Of a stretch of 64,000 nucleotides of DNA, positions 49,552 to 58,676 are shown piece after piece. The number at the start of each line of letters is the position of its first letter. Positions within the stretch are counted from its first letter, which is position 1. The notes under the pieces are model-generated. The model ran no database searches. It was not told the DNA's origin and saw nothing but the letters and a program-made list of their open reading frames with translations. The DNA comes from Candidatus Caldarchaeum subterraneum (lineage in GTDB: Archaea; Thermoproteota; Nitrososphaeria_A; Caldarchaeales; Caldarchaeaceae), in contig CALHAG010000002.1 in the NCBI GenBank assembly GCA_937934305.1, positions 13,263 to 77,262 on the forward strand. The letters are read 5' to 3'. Made by a program: the position numbers and the translations under genes.

Positions 49552-50086
49552 GATAGCGGCGTTGACGGGCCGACCGGGTGTGGGCAAGACAACGGCGTTG
49601 ATGCGTGTTGTTGAGTTGCTTAGGAGAGACGGGTTCAGGGTTGGCGGGTTCTACACCCGTGAGCTGCGGGAGACGGGTGTGAGGAAAGGGTTTGAGGTCG
49701 TAGACATCGAGAGCGGTGAAACGGCGTTGCTTGCATCGGCTTCAGCTGGACCGGGCCCCCGCATAGGCAGATACGTCGTCATGCTCAGCAACTTAGAGAA
49801 GCTGGGAGTAGCATCTCTTGAAAAAAGCTTGGAGACCTGTGATGTTTTGGCGGTTGATGAGGTGGGGCCCATGGAGCTCCTCAGCAACAAATTCGTGGAA
49901 ACCGTTGAAAAAATTCTGCGGAGCGGCAAACCCTCGGTCTTCACCGTCCACGTCTCTGCCACACATCCCATAGCAGAATCCATAAGGAGATTGGCTGGGG
50001 AAAACCTCTATGTTCTCGACACGGTGAACAGGGATAGGGTTCCGCGGGTTATTTACGAGGTGGTGAAAAAGTGGCTGAGAAGCTGA
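49514..50086 (+). CDS. Nucleoside triphosphatase (THEP1/NTPase_1)
   Basis: TGRPGVGKTT, GGFYTRELR, RIGRYVV, VDEVGPME. Confidence 0.92.
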   Translation: MKTSDKQGSTSSRIAALTGRPGVGKTTALMRVVELLRRDGFRVGGFYTRELRETGVRKGFEVVDIESGETALLASASAGPGPRIGRYVVMLSNLEKLGVASLEKSLETCDVLAVDEVGPMELLSNKFVETVEKILRSGKPSVFTVHVSATHPIAESIRRLAGENLYVLDTVNRDRVPRVIYEVVKKWLRS

Positions 50087-51246
50087 GCTTGCTGCAGTCG
50101 CTGGATTTTCCCGCGAAATGGTACCGAGAGGGCCGTGTAGAGTTTGTTGCGCCCGTGTTTCCGACAACGAAGGTGGGTGAACCAGCTGCGCCGACACGTT
50201 CCCCTGTCTTTTACAACCCCTACTCTGCCCTGTCAAGAGATTTGACGGTTGTTTTGGCCAGAACGTTTGGAGAAGAGGTGGTGGCCGCGGAGCCTCTCGC
50301 CGGCTCGGGTGTGAGAGCCATTCGTCTGCTGGTTGAGACAACCACGGTCGCACGGGTTTTGATGAACGACATCAACCCAAACGCGGTTAAGGTCATGCGC
50401 CTCAATGCGGAGTGGAACAGTGTAGCCGAGAGGTGTGAGGTTTTCGAGGGGGATGCGGCTGTTTTTTTGACGAGGCTCAGCGGATGGCGGGACCGTGTTC
50501 AATATGTTGACGTGGACCCTGTAGGCGCACCTGTGAAGTTTGTGGAAAACAGTCTGCGTGCTGTTGCGAACGGCGGATACATCGGTGTCTCGGCCACCGA
50601 CCTTGCGCCTCTTGTTGGAAACCATCCCGAGACATGCTTCAGAAAATATGGGCTATTCTCTGGAAAAACCTTTTTCGCTAAAGAAGCGGCCATCCGCCTC
50701 CTTGCATCATTCGTCATAATGCGTGGGGCCTCGTTGAACATTGCGGCAACCCCTGTTCTCAGCGTCCAGCACAGACATTTTGTCCGCGTTTTTTTCCACG
50801 TCCTACGCGGCAGGTCACGTGTAATCAAGCTGCTCGAGAAGATGGGCTGGATAAAAGCCTGCAAATGCCTACATAGCGAGACCCATCCGCTGCATGATTT
50901 TCCAGCCAAAATTTGTCCGAGATGCGGAGGCGAGGCGGCTGTTGTAGGGCCTGCTTGGCTGGGGCCATTGCACAGCGGAGAACTGGTTGAGAAGATGCTT
51001 TCACAGTCTAATGATTTGCCGAAGGCTCGGAAAATTTTGGAGAGAATAAGCGGAGAGGTCGATGTTGTGGGCTACTATCCAGTGGATAGGATAGCTCATG
51101 TCAATGGTTCGACTCCTCGGTCGCCGATAGTTCTTGTGGCTTCTTTAAGGTCGATGGGTTACCGGGCCTCTCTGACACATGTGGACCCGACGGCTGTTAA
51201 GACTGATGCTCCTCTTGAGGATGTGCTGCGGGCCGCTGCTGGCTGA
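50071..51246 (+). CDS. trm1: tRNA (guanine-26-N2)-dimethyltransferase
   Basis: VFYNP, LAGSGVRAIR, NDIN, DVDPVG, SATD, GPAWLGPL, KTDAP. Confidence 0.92.
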   Translation: MAEKLSLLQSLDFPAKWYREGRVEFVAPVFPTTKVGEPAAPTRSPVFYNPYSALSRDLTVVLARTFGEEVVAAEPLAGSGVRAIRLLVETTTVARVLMNDINPNAVKVMRLNAEWNSVAERCEVFEGDAAVFLTRLSGWRDRVQYVDVDPVGAPVKFVENSLRAVANGGYIGVSATDLAPLVGNHPETCFRKYGLFSGKTFFAKEAAIRLLASFVIMRGASLNIAATPVLSVQHRHFVRVFFHVLRGRSRVIKLLEKMGWIKACKCLHSETHPLHDFPAKICPRCGGEAAVVGPAWLGPLHSGELVEKMLSQSNDLPKARKILERISGEVDVVGYYPVDRIAHVNGSTPRSPIVLVASLRSMGYRASLTHVDPTAVKTDAPLEDVLRAAAG

Positions 51247-51871
51247 GCCTCCGCCTCGCCGGGCCTCTGTAGCCGAGGCCGAGTAGAAAGATTTCGCTGC
51301 TACCTTTCTTGGTTGACCGTGGCACATACCGCTCAACCCTCCAGAAACACGTCATCATCTTCCTCTCGAAAACTCTTAGACGGGGATGCTCGAAGGCCTT
51401 GAACACGGCGTTTCCTCCCCTGCGGAGAAACCTGTGGCAGAGGCTGAGGGATGCCTCGAGGAGGTCTAATTGCTGTTCGACCAATAGGTCATAGTCTCCC
51501 GAGTGATGGGGAGAGAGGTCGGAGACCACGACATCGAAAAACCCCTGGCCCAAAGCTGTTTGAACATCTTTCGTCAACCGGGCTTCATAGATGTCAGTCT
51601 GTATTGGGACAATGTTAGGCCTTATGAGCTGAAGCGGCTCCCTGTCCACTGCCACGACCAGCCCTTTCTCGCCGACGATGTCTGACGCGACCGCCGCCAT
51701 GCCTCCCGGCGCTGCCCCTAGGTCCAGCACCCTATATCCCTCGCGGATAATTTTCCACCGTCTCTGTATTTCGAGGAGCTTGAAGGCGGCGCGTGATGGA
51801 TAACCCAGTTCCTTGGCTCTCCGCCAATAGGGGTCCTCTCTCCTCCGCTGAAGCCACTGTTCCTTCGTCAA
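51197..51871 (-). CDS. rlmE: 23S rRNA 2'-O-methyltransferase RlmE/FtsJ
   Basis: DPYWRRAK, SRAAFKL, LDLGAAPGG, VSDLSP, SSEIF. Likely start TTG 51871. Confidence 0.9.
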   Translation of the reverse strand: MTKEQWLQRRREDPYWRRAKELGYPSRAAFKLLEIQRRWKIIREGYRVLDLGAAPGGMAAVASDIVGEKGLVVAVDREPLQLIRPNIVPIQTDIYEARLTKDVQTALGQGFFDVVVSDLSPHHSGDYDLLVEQQLDLLEASLSLCHRFLRRGGNAVFKAFEHPRLRVFERKMMTCFWRVERYVPRSTKKGSSEIFLLGLGYRGPARRRLSQQRPAAHPQEEHQS

Positions 51872-51872
51872 A

Positions 51873-52220
51873 TTACTTCCGGCCGCTAAGCCACTCCTCG
51901 AGCAGTATGCATGTTTTGTAGTGGTGTTCGCCTCTTGGGCCACAGACGTTGTCATACACGCATGAGGGGCATGGCACGCCGATGAGCGGCTCTATGTTTA
52001 TCTGCTTGATAAGAGGGACAAGCCTCCGGGTCCATCTGTCGTTGCTGAAAGCCTTAACCCGTTTAATGTAGCCTTTACGCTCCAGCTTAATACCTATCCT
52101 CGAGCCTTCGCGGCTCGTCACACCAAGCTTATGCCACAGCTCCGACTGAAGCATCCCAACCTCGTTCTGCATCAACAGGGCTAACGCCTTCTCCTCCAGC
52201 TTAGAAAGCTTCGCGGGCAA
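51873..52220 (-). CDS. TFE-beta / RPC34-like protein (winged helix plus C-terminal Cys cluster)
   Basis: GMLQSELWHKLG...KLERKGYIKR; PCPSC...VC...C..LEEWL; lies in the known gar1-tfb-RPC34-trm1 neighbourhood. Confidence 0.8.
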   Translation of the reverse strand: MPAKLSKLEEKALALLMQNEVGMLQSELWHKLGVTSREGSRIGIKLERKGYIKRVKAFSNDRWTRRLVPLIKQINIEPLIGVPCPSCVYDNVCGPRGEHHYKTCILLEEWLSGRK

Positions 52221-52278
52221 GTTTATCCAAAATCATATATAGTGACCGCCTATTCATAAAGATGTCTCCCTTTAGCGG

Positions 52279-53070
52279 CTATGGGTTGTTGATTGATTCG
52301 AGGAGGGCTATGGCTTTGCGGAGAGTTAGGACGCTGACTCCCGCTGCTTCGGAGACTGTGCTAAGCGGTTTCTTAACCCCTTCTCGGCGGCAGGCGAGGT
52401 AGACGGCGGCCGCGGATATGGCGGCGGGCTTTCTGCCCGAGATTTTTCCCGAACTGGCCGCGGATTGGTAGATTCTGCAGGCTGTGTTGGCCGTGGTCTG
52501 CGGCAGCTCCAGCGTTCTCGTCAGCTTGTCTATGAGGGCCGCGACGTTGAAGGGTTTAAGCCTTAAGTTGAGGCCGAAAACAAGCCTTGATACCTCGCGG
52601 TTGAGCTGGTTGAGCGGAACATCTGCCGCCGAGGCAATCTCCTCCATGGATTTGCAGAGGCCGTTGTTGTTGGCTGACAGGTAAACAAGAGCGGCTGCGG
52701 CTGGTCTTCTAGAACGCTTGACCAGTTTCGAGAAAACAGCTTTTCTCGCCAGCTCGCCCGCTCCCTCTGCAGCTTGACGCGGCAAACCAATTTTGTCAGC
52801 TATCCAGAAAACTTCGCTCAGCAAACGGGTCAGCAGCCTCTCTTCAGAGGAGAGCAGACGGCCCTTGCTGATTGTCCCTATGCCTCCGTCGTGGAGAAGG
52901 CTTGTAACCCTTGGCCCCACGCCGCCACGGCTGTCGAGCAGCATCTTTTTCGTGGGGGTTGTTGACGTTGTTCTCTCCGCCACCACTGCTCCGCAGATGC
53001 TGCAGAAAAGCTCACCCGACACAGGGTCATTGACGAGAGAAGGTTCTCCACATTGGGGACACGTGTTCAG
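52279..53070 (-). CDS. tfb: Transcription factor B paralog (Zn ribbon plus two cyclin folds)
   Basis: CPQCG...GELFCSICG, SGRKPAAISAAAVYLAC, VSVLTLRK. The first Zn knuckle lies upstream of the first canonical start (53022). Confidence 0.82.
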   Translation of the reverse strand: MNTCPQCGEPSLVNDPVSGELFCSICGAVVAERTTSTTPTKKMLLDSRGGVGPRVTSLLHDGGIGTISKGRLLSSEERLLTRLLSEVFWIADKIGLPRQAAEGAGELARKAVFSKLVKRSRRPAAAALVYLSANNNGLCKSMEEIASAADVPLNQLNREVSRLVFGLNLRLKPFNVAALIDKLTRTLELPQTTANTACRIYQSAASSGKISGRKPAAISAAAVYLACRREGVKKPLSTVSEAAGVSVLTLRKAIALLESINNP

Positions 53071-53315
53071 CTCTTCTCTACGTATAGCGCCTCACCCTCC
53101 ACAACCTCGGCCTCCGCGGCGGGCTTAACAGCTACATACGGAGACGCCACCGGCCCGAAAATGTTTGATACATAACCAACCTCCCGTCCCTTGCCGTTGT
53201 ATACCTTGTCACCGAGCCGTGGCACCGTGTAGGCCCTGATGACGAGATAGTCTCTGCGGCTGTGGAGGACTTCTCCGAGAAGCTTCAGCCTTCGCAGCGT
53301 CTGTCTATTTACCAT
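53067..53315 (-). CDS. gar1: H/ACA RNP protein Gar1
   Basis: LGEVLH, VGYVSNIFGPVASPYVAVKP. Confidence 0.88.
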   Translation of the reverse strand: MVNRQTLRRLKLLGEVLHSRRDYLVIRAYTVPRLGDKVYNGKGREVGYVSNIFGPVASPYVAVKPAAEAEVVEGEALYVEKS

Positions 53316-53592
53316 GTTTCCGCAGCTCCTCAGCCACCATCTTGAGAAACATGTTCTTAGACATCTTGGGCCGCGGCTTCACAACAACGTAGCCTGTTCT
53401 CCTGCTCCATCTCCGTGGATAAGCGGCATCAGTCTTCTCAACCTCGTAGCCAAGCCTCTTACACGCTGCCGCCAAATCATCCGCCGAAGGCCTCTGAACA
53501 GCGAGACCCCGTGAAACACGACGCCCCTGTTTACGGCTGCTCTTAGAATCGAAGTAAACAGGCCACAGGATTAAGCCTTCACGTCTGATCAA
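53305..53592 (-). CDS. srp19: Signal recognition particle 19 kDa protein
   Basis: LWPVYFDSKSSRKQGRRV, YPRRW. Confidence 0.93.
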   Translation of the reverse strand: MIRREGLILWPVYFDSKSSRKQGRRVSRGLAVQRPSADDLAAACKRLGYEVEKTDAAYPRRWSRRTGYVVVKPRPKMSKNMFLKMVAEELRKHGK

Positions 53593-53978
53593 GCCCCTCC
53601 CTGCTTCACCAATACGGCGTTGACTGTGCCGTCTTGTCCGGGTCTTGACGTGACTCTTGCCAAGCCCTCAGGTGTCTCTATTAACGCGCCTTTTGTGATT
53701 ACTTTTCTTCTGTCGTAGTCTCTGTTGCTGGGGTTGGATACTACGCGTAGTATCTCGAGACGCTTGACCACGGAGCCGACGACGACGTTGGCTGTTTTCG
53801 TCGACAAAGCGGCTGCCTTGAGGTTTCCTCCCAATGCTCTCCGTGTAACCACTTTCTGCTCTCCCAGGGAAACGAGGTTTATCTCGCCGCCACGTTCTCT
53901 TTTTCTCCTACCCCTCGCTGGATGAGCTTTTGCCCCCGTCTTTTTGCGTTTGTGAAGGTCGCTGTGCCACTGAACCAT
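53589..53978 (-). CDS. rps8e: 30S ribosomal protein S8e
   Basis: KRKKTG, GGNLK, NPSNRDY, ITKGALIET, VTSRPGQDG. Confidence 0.96.
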   Translation of the reverse strand: MVQWHSDLHKRKKTGAKAHPARGRRKRERGGEINLVSLGEQKVVTRRALGGNLKAAALSTKTANVVVGSVVKRLEILRVVSNPSNRDYDRRKVITKGALIETPEGLARVTSRPGQDGTVNAVLVKQGGA

Positions 53979-54519
53979 TCTGCTTCTTCAGAGTTGAAGC
54001 ATGTTTTATACTTGTTTCGCCTCCTGAGGCCAGCATCTTATCTATCAGCGACTTGATTGCGGATGGGGTGTTCTCCACGCCGAAAAAGTCTGCGAAGAGC
54101 CGCGAGGTTCTGAGAACAGATGTGCGGCCTTTTTTCTCAGACTCGACCAACCCTCTTTCCTGAAGTATCTTGATTTGTCTGTAGCTGTCTTTTCCACGTA
54201 TAGCTGCCAACGTTGAAAGAGGTATGGGCTGGTAGTATGCGATTGTCGCCAGTGTTTTGAGGACACCGTGTGGAAGCATTTTGCGGCGTGTGTATTTTTT
54301 GACCTGGGCTGCGAGGTCGGGCCTTAGCCGCATATAGTATCTTCCTCCGTCCAGCTCAACAATCTCTACAGCTCTTCCGCTGTATTCGTTCTTCAGCGTC
54401 TCGACAATTTTCCGAACCTTTTCAGGAGACCTTGTCCTGAGGGCTCGCTGCAGCGTCTTGATGTCCACGGGTTTGTCTGATGCGAAGAGAAGAGCCTCAG
54501 CCACCAGCTTGCTGTCCAT
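53908..54519 (-). CDS. scpB: SMC-Scp complex subunit ScpB
   Basis: EALLFASDKP, LKTLATIAYYQPI, IRG, FADFFG. Confidence 0.92.
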   Translation of the reverse strand: MDSKLVAEALLFASDKPVDIKTLQRALRTRSPEKVRKIVETLKNEYSGRAVEIVELDGGRYYMRLRPDLAAQVKKYTRRKMLPHGVLKTLATIAYYQPIPLSTLAAIRGKDSYRQIKILQERGLVESEKKGRTSVLRTSRLFADFFGVENTPSAIKSLIDKMLASGGETSIKHASTLKKQNGSVAQRPSQTQKDGGKSSSSEG

Positions 54520-55186
54520 CTGAGGCTCCAAAAAGCTCACCCCCGAGTATGACGAGGTCGCTGAACTCATCGGCTTGTAGAAGCATCACATAGCGGCGCG
54601 CGGCTGCGAAGAGCAGAAGAATGAAGGTTTTCGCGGCTTCGAGACGGGGCATTCCCTCGACAAGCTCGGAGAAGGTGATAGACGTTCTCACACTGAAAAT
54701 TTCTCTCAGCTTCTCGAGAAACTTGTCAAGCTCTTCCTCAATCTTGACGATGAACTCGTTGAGTATCAACCTGTTCTCCATTATCTGGGGTGGCGCGGCC
54801 TCGGTTTTGCTGCGGCCAGATTGTGAAAGAGCTTTTTGAAGAGCTGTCACAATTTCCTGTAACGTTGCTGTGATTAGCTCGGGTTTGAAGGGAAGCTCGA
54901 TAGGGGGCATGATGTTTATCTCGGGCTTGGGCTTGGGTTTGGGCGGCTGGTCTGCTTGGAGAAGCTTCTCGCTCTTTATCCGATGTATTATTGCGGCCGA
55001 GTGGACAGCTATTCCGCAGATGTTGAAGTCTATGTAGCCTTGGACGCGGAGAACCTGCGCAAACTCCGTCAAAACCTCCGAGAGCCTGACCTCCCACACC
55101 TTCACCCTATCCAGCCGCGTTACATCAAACAGTATACGCCAAGGAGCCGTCATCAATTGCTCAGCAAAACCATTATCCAGCCTCAA
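54497..55186 (-). CDS. scpA: Kleisin ScpA
   Basis: PWRILFD, VWEVRL, IHRIKSE, C-terminal TFILLLF..A; lies between smc and scpB. Confidence 0.85.
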   Translation of the reverse strand: MRLDNGFAEQLMTAPWRILFDVTRLDRVKVWEVRLSEVLTEFAQVLRVQGYIDFNICGIAVHSAAIIHRIKSEKLLQADQPPKPKPKPEINIMPPIELPFKPELITATLQEIVTALQKALSQSGRSKTEAAPPQIMENRLILNEFIVKIEEELDKFLEKLREIFSVRTSITFSELVEGMPRLEAAKTFILLLFAAARRYVMLLQADEFSDLVILGGELFGASDGQQAGG

Positions 55187-58100
55187 CCACCTCGCTCAAC
55201 CGTGTCCTAACAACTTGAGAAGACTCGTTAACCATGTAGACACCAAACAGCGCATCAGCCTGCTCCGCGATAATGTCCTTCAAAGTGATGATTATTATCT
55301 GTTTCTTGGTGGACATCTTCTTTAAAAGGTTGACCAGGTTTTTGACGTATACGACGTCTAGGTGGGCGTCGATTTCGTCGAAGATGTAGAACTGGGCGGG
55401 TGTAAGGTCCTGCAACGCGAGTATCAACGCAACAGCCGAGACCGATTTCTCTCCACCGCTTATCGAGACAGTGCTACGTGTCTGTTTCCCGACAAACTTG
55501 ACAAGCATCTCTACCCCTGAGTTAAGCGGGTCATCAGGGTTTTCAAGCTTGAGGAAACCCTCGCCACCAGTCAACTGGTTAAAGTAGAAGCTGAAACTAT
55601 CCGAAACTCTCTCCAAGGCTCTCCGGAACGCGTCAACCTCCTCCCTGTTAATCGACTCAATCAGGTCGAGTATGCGTTTCCTCTCCATCTCGAGCTCGTT
55701 TATCCTTGTTGAGCGGAGACGATAGTTTTCTACTATGCTGTCATACTGCATCGCCGCAAGCTGGTTGACTACCGGTATCTCTGCTACCTCGGTTTCGAGA
55801 TGCGGAATTAGTTCAAGTGGAAGAGATGTCTCAGCTTCCTCACCTGAGCCGAAGCTCTGAAGCCGTTCCCCGATAGACTTGAGGGTGGTCTCTATGCGGA
55901 CTCTCTCTATTGCCAGGTTGTTGTTCTCCCTCTCAAGCGCAGAAACCTCGTTTAACAAGATGGAGAGGTTCTGCTCGAGCTGCTTAACCTCTTTACTCTT
56001 CTCCACGAGAGCCTCTGTGAGCTGGCTCAACTCATTGTCCATCTTCTCCTTCATCTCACTGGCCTCGGCTATTTTCTGGTCCAGCTCCTCTATCCTGACA
56101 CGGAGTTGCTCAAGCTCCTCGGCGAGCTCGCGTTCACGCAGGGCAATTTGCTCAAACTCTTTCTCGGAGCTGGCAAGCGACTCCTCTATGTTTCTAAGCT
56201 CAATCAAAATCCTGTCCCTCTCTCTTTCGGCGTTCACATATACCCGGTATGTTGTGGATGATTCCTGTGATTTTCGTCGCATGTCTTCCTCAGCTCTCCG
56301 CAGCGCCTGTTTCTTCTCGGCCACCATCTGTCTTAGATGGGTCAGGGCCGTTATCTCATCCGTCTTGTCTGACAGCAGCTGCGTCAGCTTCTCTTTTTCT
56401 TGAACCAGTCGTGAGACCTCTTCCTCGAGTTGGTTGAGACGTTGGACGCTGTTTTCCACGGATTTGGAGAGGTTGTTTAGCTCTGTCTCGAGACGGGTTT
56501 TCTCAAGAGCCTTTATGTTTAGTTGACGCCTCGTCTCCTCCATCTCGGCCTCTGTCTCTCTAAGACGTTTTTCAGCAAGCTTGGCCTCCCTGTCAAAAGC
56601 CTCCCTCGCGTTTAGGAGTTTGGCCTCAACGGCTTCGAGCCTTTCCATGCTACGGTTTACACGCTCGGCTGCAACAGCCTCGCTCATCTCACCGGCGACA
56701 CTGATTATCGCCGGGTCACCCACGTAGACACCGTCCATCGTGGCAACATCTCTGTCGCCTGGTTGAAGCTGTTTCACAGACTCCACAACCCTAAACCCTA
56801 CACCATGGGTCAAGGCCTTCACCAGCGAATCAAGGTCGAGAGAATCGGCGACAATCTTCAGCGGAATCTTCTTCTCAGCAGCCTCCCTCGCCAGCGACAG
56901 ACCCGCTTCAGCATCGGCGACATAAACAGCGTTAAGCCAATCGCCGAGAACAGCCCGATGAACCCCCGAGAGCCTCTCTCCAAATACTTCACGCACCGTT
57001 CTGAGTCCGCTTGATTTCCTATCCTCTTTCACCGCTGTCTGCAGCGTTTCGAGGAGCTGTTGTCCAGCGGCCTTGAGCAGACGTGTCTTCTCTATGAGTT
57101 TGTCGATTGAAGCGATTTTTTCTCGGCTGTTTTCGAGTTCTCGCCGGATGTTTTTTGCGGTGTTTATCTGTGTTTCATGAAGTTGTGAAAGCTGTTCCAT
57201 CGATTCGATTAGGCGGGTTAGTTGCTCGTTTTTTTCGCTGAGGATGTTTCTGGTTTCTGCGAGCTTTTTTTCAGCCTCCTCCTTCTCGTGTTGTCTGTGT
57301 GTTAGCTGTTTCTGGATGTTGTCAAGGAGTAGGGATTTGCCGTCGTCGCTTAGCTTGAGGAAACGCAGCTCCTCAACCTTTGCCGCATAACGGTTCTCAA
57401 CCTCGTCAACCTCTTTCTGAAGCTCTTCGAGAAGCTTTTTGGACTCGTTGTACTCCGCCTCTTTGAATGCCCATTGTTCACGTAGATTTTCCACCTGTTG
57501 TGTTTTCTTCTCAAATTCTTCTTTGAGCTGGCTTTGTCTCTCCCGCCACTTGGCTACACGCGTCTCCAGAGACCTGCGCTGTAGGTCCAGCTGTTTCAAC
57601 GCGTTTTCCGCAGAGTTTTTCTCAGCTATTTTCCGCGATTTCTCCGTCTCTAGACTGAGGACAGCCCGGTCTATTTTGCTGACCTCGGCGGCCAATTCCC
57701 GCCGCCTCCTCTCAAGCTCCTCAGCCTCGTTCTTCAGAGCAGCGGCCCGGGCCCGAACATGCTCGGCTTCAGCCTGTTTCTCCGCAAGCTTGTTCAACAG
57801 CTCCGCCGCCCGTGCATCAAGCTCTTTCAAAGCCTGTGCATGAGAGTTGTACTCGTTAATCAGGGAGAGTGATTTCAAACTGTTTAGGATTTTTTCGGAG
57901 AGGGTTTTCCGTAGAAGCTGGTTGCGCTCCAGCTCTAGTTGTTTAACGCGTGACCTTACCTCTGATGTTGCAGCTTTAGCGATGTCGATGTTTTTCTGCG
58001 CTATTTCAAGCTCTTTATGGGCCTCGTCGCGTCTCTTCTTGTAGCCCGATATTCCCGCTGCGTCCTCCAAAACCTCCCTCAGCTCCCTGCTGGTCATCTC

Positions 58101-58550
58101 GGCTATGCCGACAACCGAGCCCTGGGTCACGAGGTTCAACCCGTCAGGTTTTATGTTGGCTGCGGAGAGGATTGTGAGAAGCTCGTTTCTCGACACGATG
58201 CGGTTGTTGAGCATGTATTCGCTTTCTCCCGTCGCGTAGAGCCGCCTGCTTATGACAACTTCTTCGGAGTCGACGGGGATGCTGTGGTCTGAGTTGTCGA
58301 GCGTGAGGGTTACAAGGGCCTGAGAATCGGTGCCCTTGCTTGATTCATGCAAAAGCTTAGAAAACCTATCAACCCTGAGATTGTGTGCGCTAAGCTCTCC
58401 GAGCGCAAACTTGACGGCGTCGAGGACCGTTGACTTCCCCCCGCCGTTAGGCCCCGTTATAACCACGAGGCCAGGCGGCAGCTTTATCACGGTTCTCTTA
58501 TTCCCAAACGATTTGAAACCCGTGATAGCCACCGACTTTATTCTAACCAT
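55173..58550 (-). CDS. smc: Chromosome segregation protein SMC
   Basis: GFKSF, GPNGGGKS, Q-loop VTQG, long coiled coils, ISGGEKS, YIFDEIDAHLD. Confidence 0.95.
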   Translation of the reverse strand: MVRIKSVAITGFKSFGNKRTVIKLPPGLVVITGPNGGGKSTVLDAVKFALGELSAHNLRVDRFSKLLHESSKGTDSQALVTLTLDNSDHSIPVDSEEVVISRRLYATGESEYMLNNRIVSRNELLTILSAANIKPDGLNLVTQGSVVGIAEMTSRELREVLEDAAGISGYKKRRDEAHKELEIAQKNIDIAKAATSEVRSRVKQLELERNQLLRKTLSEKILNSLKSLSLINEYNSHAQALKELDARAAELLNKLAEKQAEAEHVRARAAALKNEAEELERRRRELAAEVSKIDRAVLSLETEKSRKIAEKNSAENALKQLDLQRRSLETRVAKWRERQSQLKEEFEKKTQQVENLREQWAFKEAEYNESKKLLEELQKEVDEVENRYAAKVEELRFLKLSDDGKSLLLDNIQKQLTHRQHEKEEAEKKLAETRNILSEKNEQLTRLIESMEQLSQLHETQINTAKNIRRELENSREKIASIDKLIEKTRLLKAAGQQLLETLQTAVKEDRKSSGLRTVREVFGERLSGVHRAVLGDWLNAVYVADAEAGLSLAREAAEKKIPLKIVADSLDLDSLVKALTHGVGFRVVESVKQLQPGDRDVATMDGVYVGDPAIISVAGEMSEAVAAERVNRSMERLEAVEAKLLNAREAFDREAKLAEKRLRETEAEMEETRRQLNIKALEKTRLETELNNLSKSVENSVQRLNQLEEEVSRLVQEKEKLTQLLSDKTDEITALTHLRQMVAEKKQALRRAEEDMRRKSQESSTTYRVYVNAERERDRILIELRNIEESLASSEKEFEQIALRERELAEELEQLRVRIEELDQKIAEASEMKEKMDNELSQLTEALVEKSKEVKQLEQNLSILLNEVSALERENNNLAIERVRIETTLKSIGERLQSFGSGEEAETSLPLELIPHLETEVAEIPVVNQLAAMQYDSIVENYRLRSTRINELEMERKRILDLIESINREEVDAFRRALERVSDSFSFYFNQLTGGEGFLKLENPDDPLNSGVEMLVKFVGKQTRSTVSISGGEKSVSAVALILALQDLTPAQFYIFDEIDAHLDVVYVKNLVNLLKKMSTKKQIIIITLKDIIAEQADALFGVYMVNESSQVVRTRLSEVVEAG

Positions 58551-58676
58551 TCGCCTAAATCAACGTAAAGGGATGTTTATCAACATGCCTCCAGATGTCG
58601 AAGGCGGTCATATGCGCCAATTACCTTGGTAAAACCATCAAGAGGCATAAATACGGATTCTACGGGTTTTACACCG

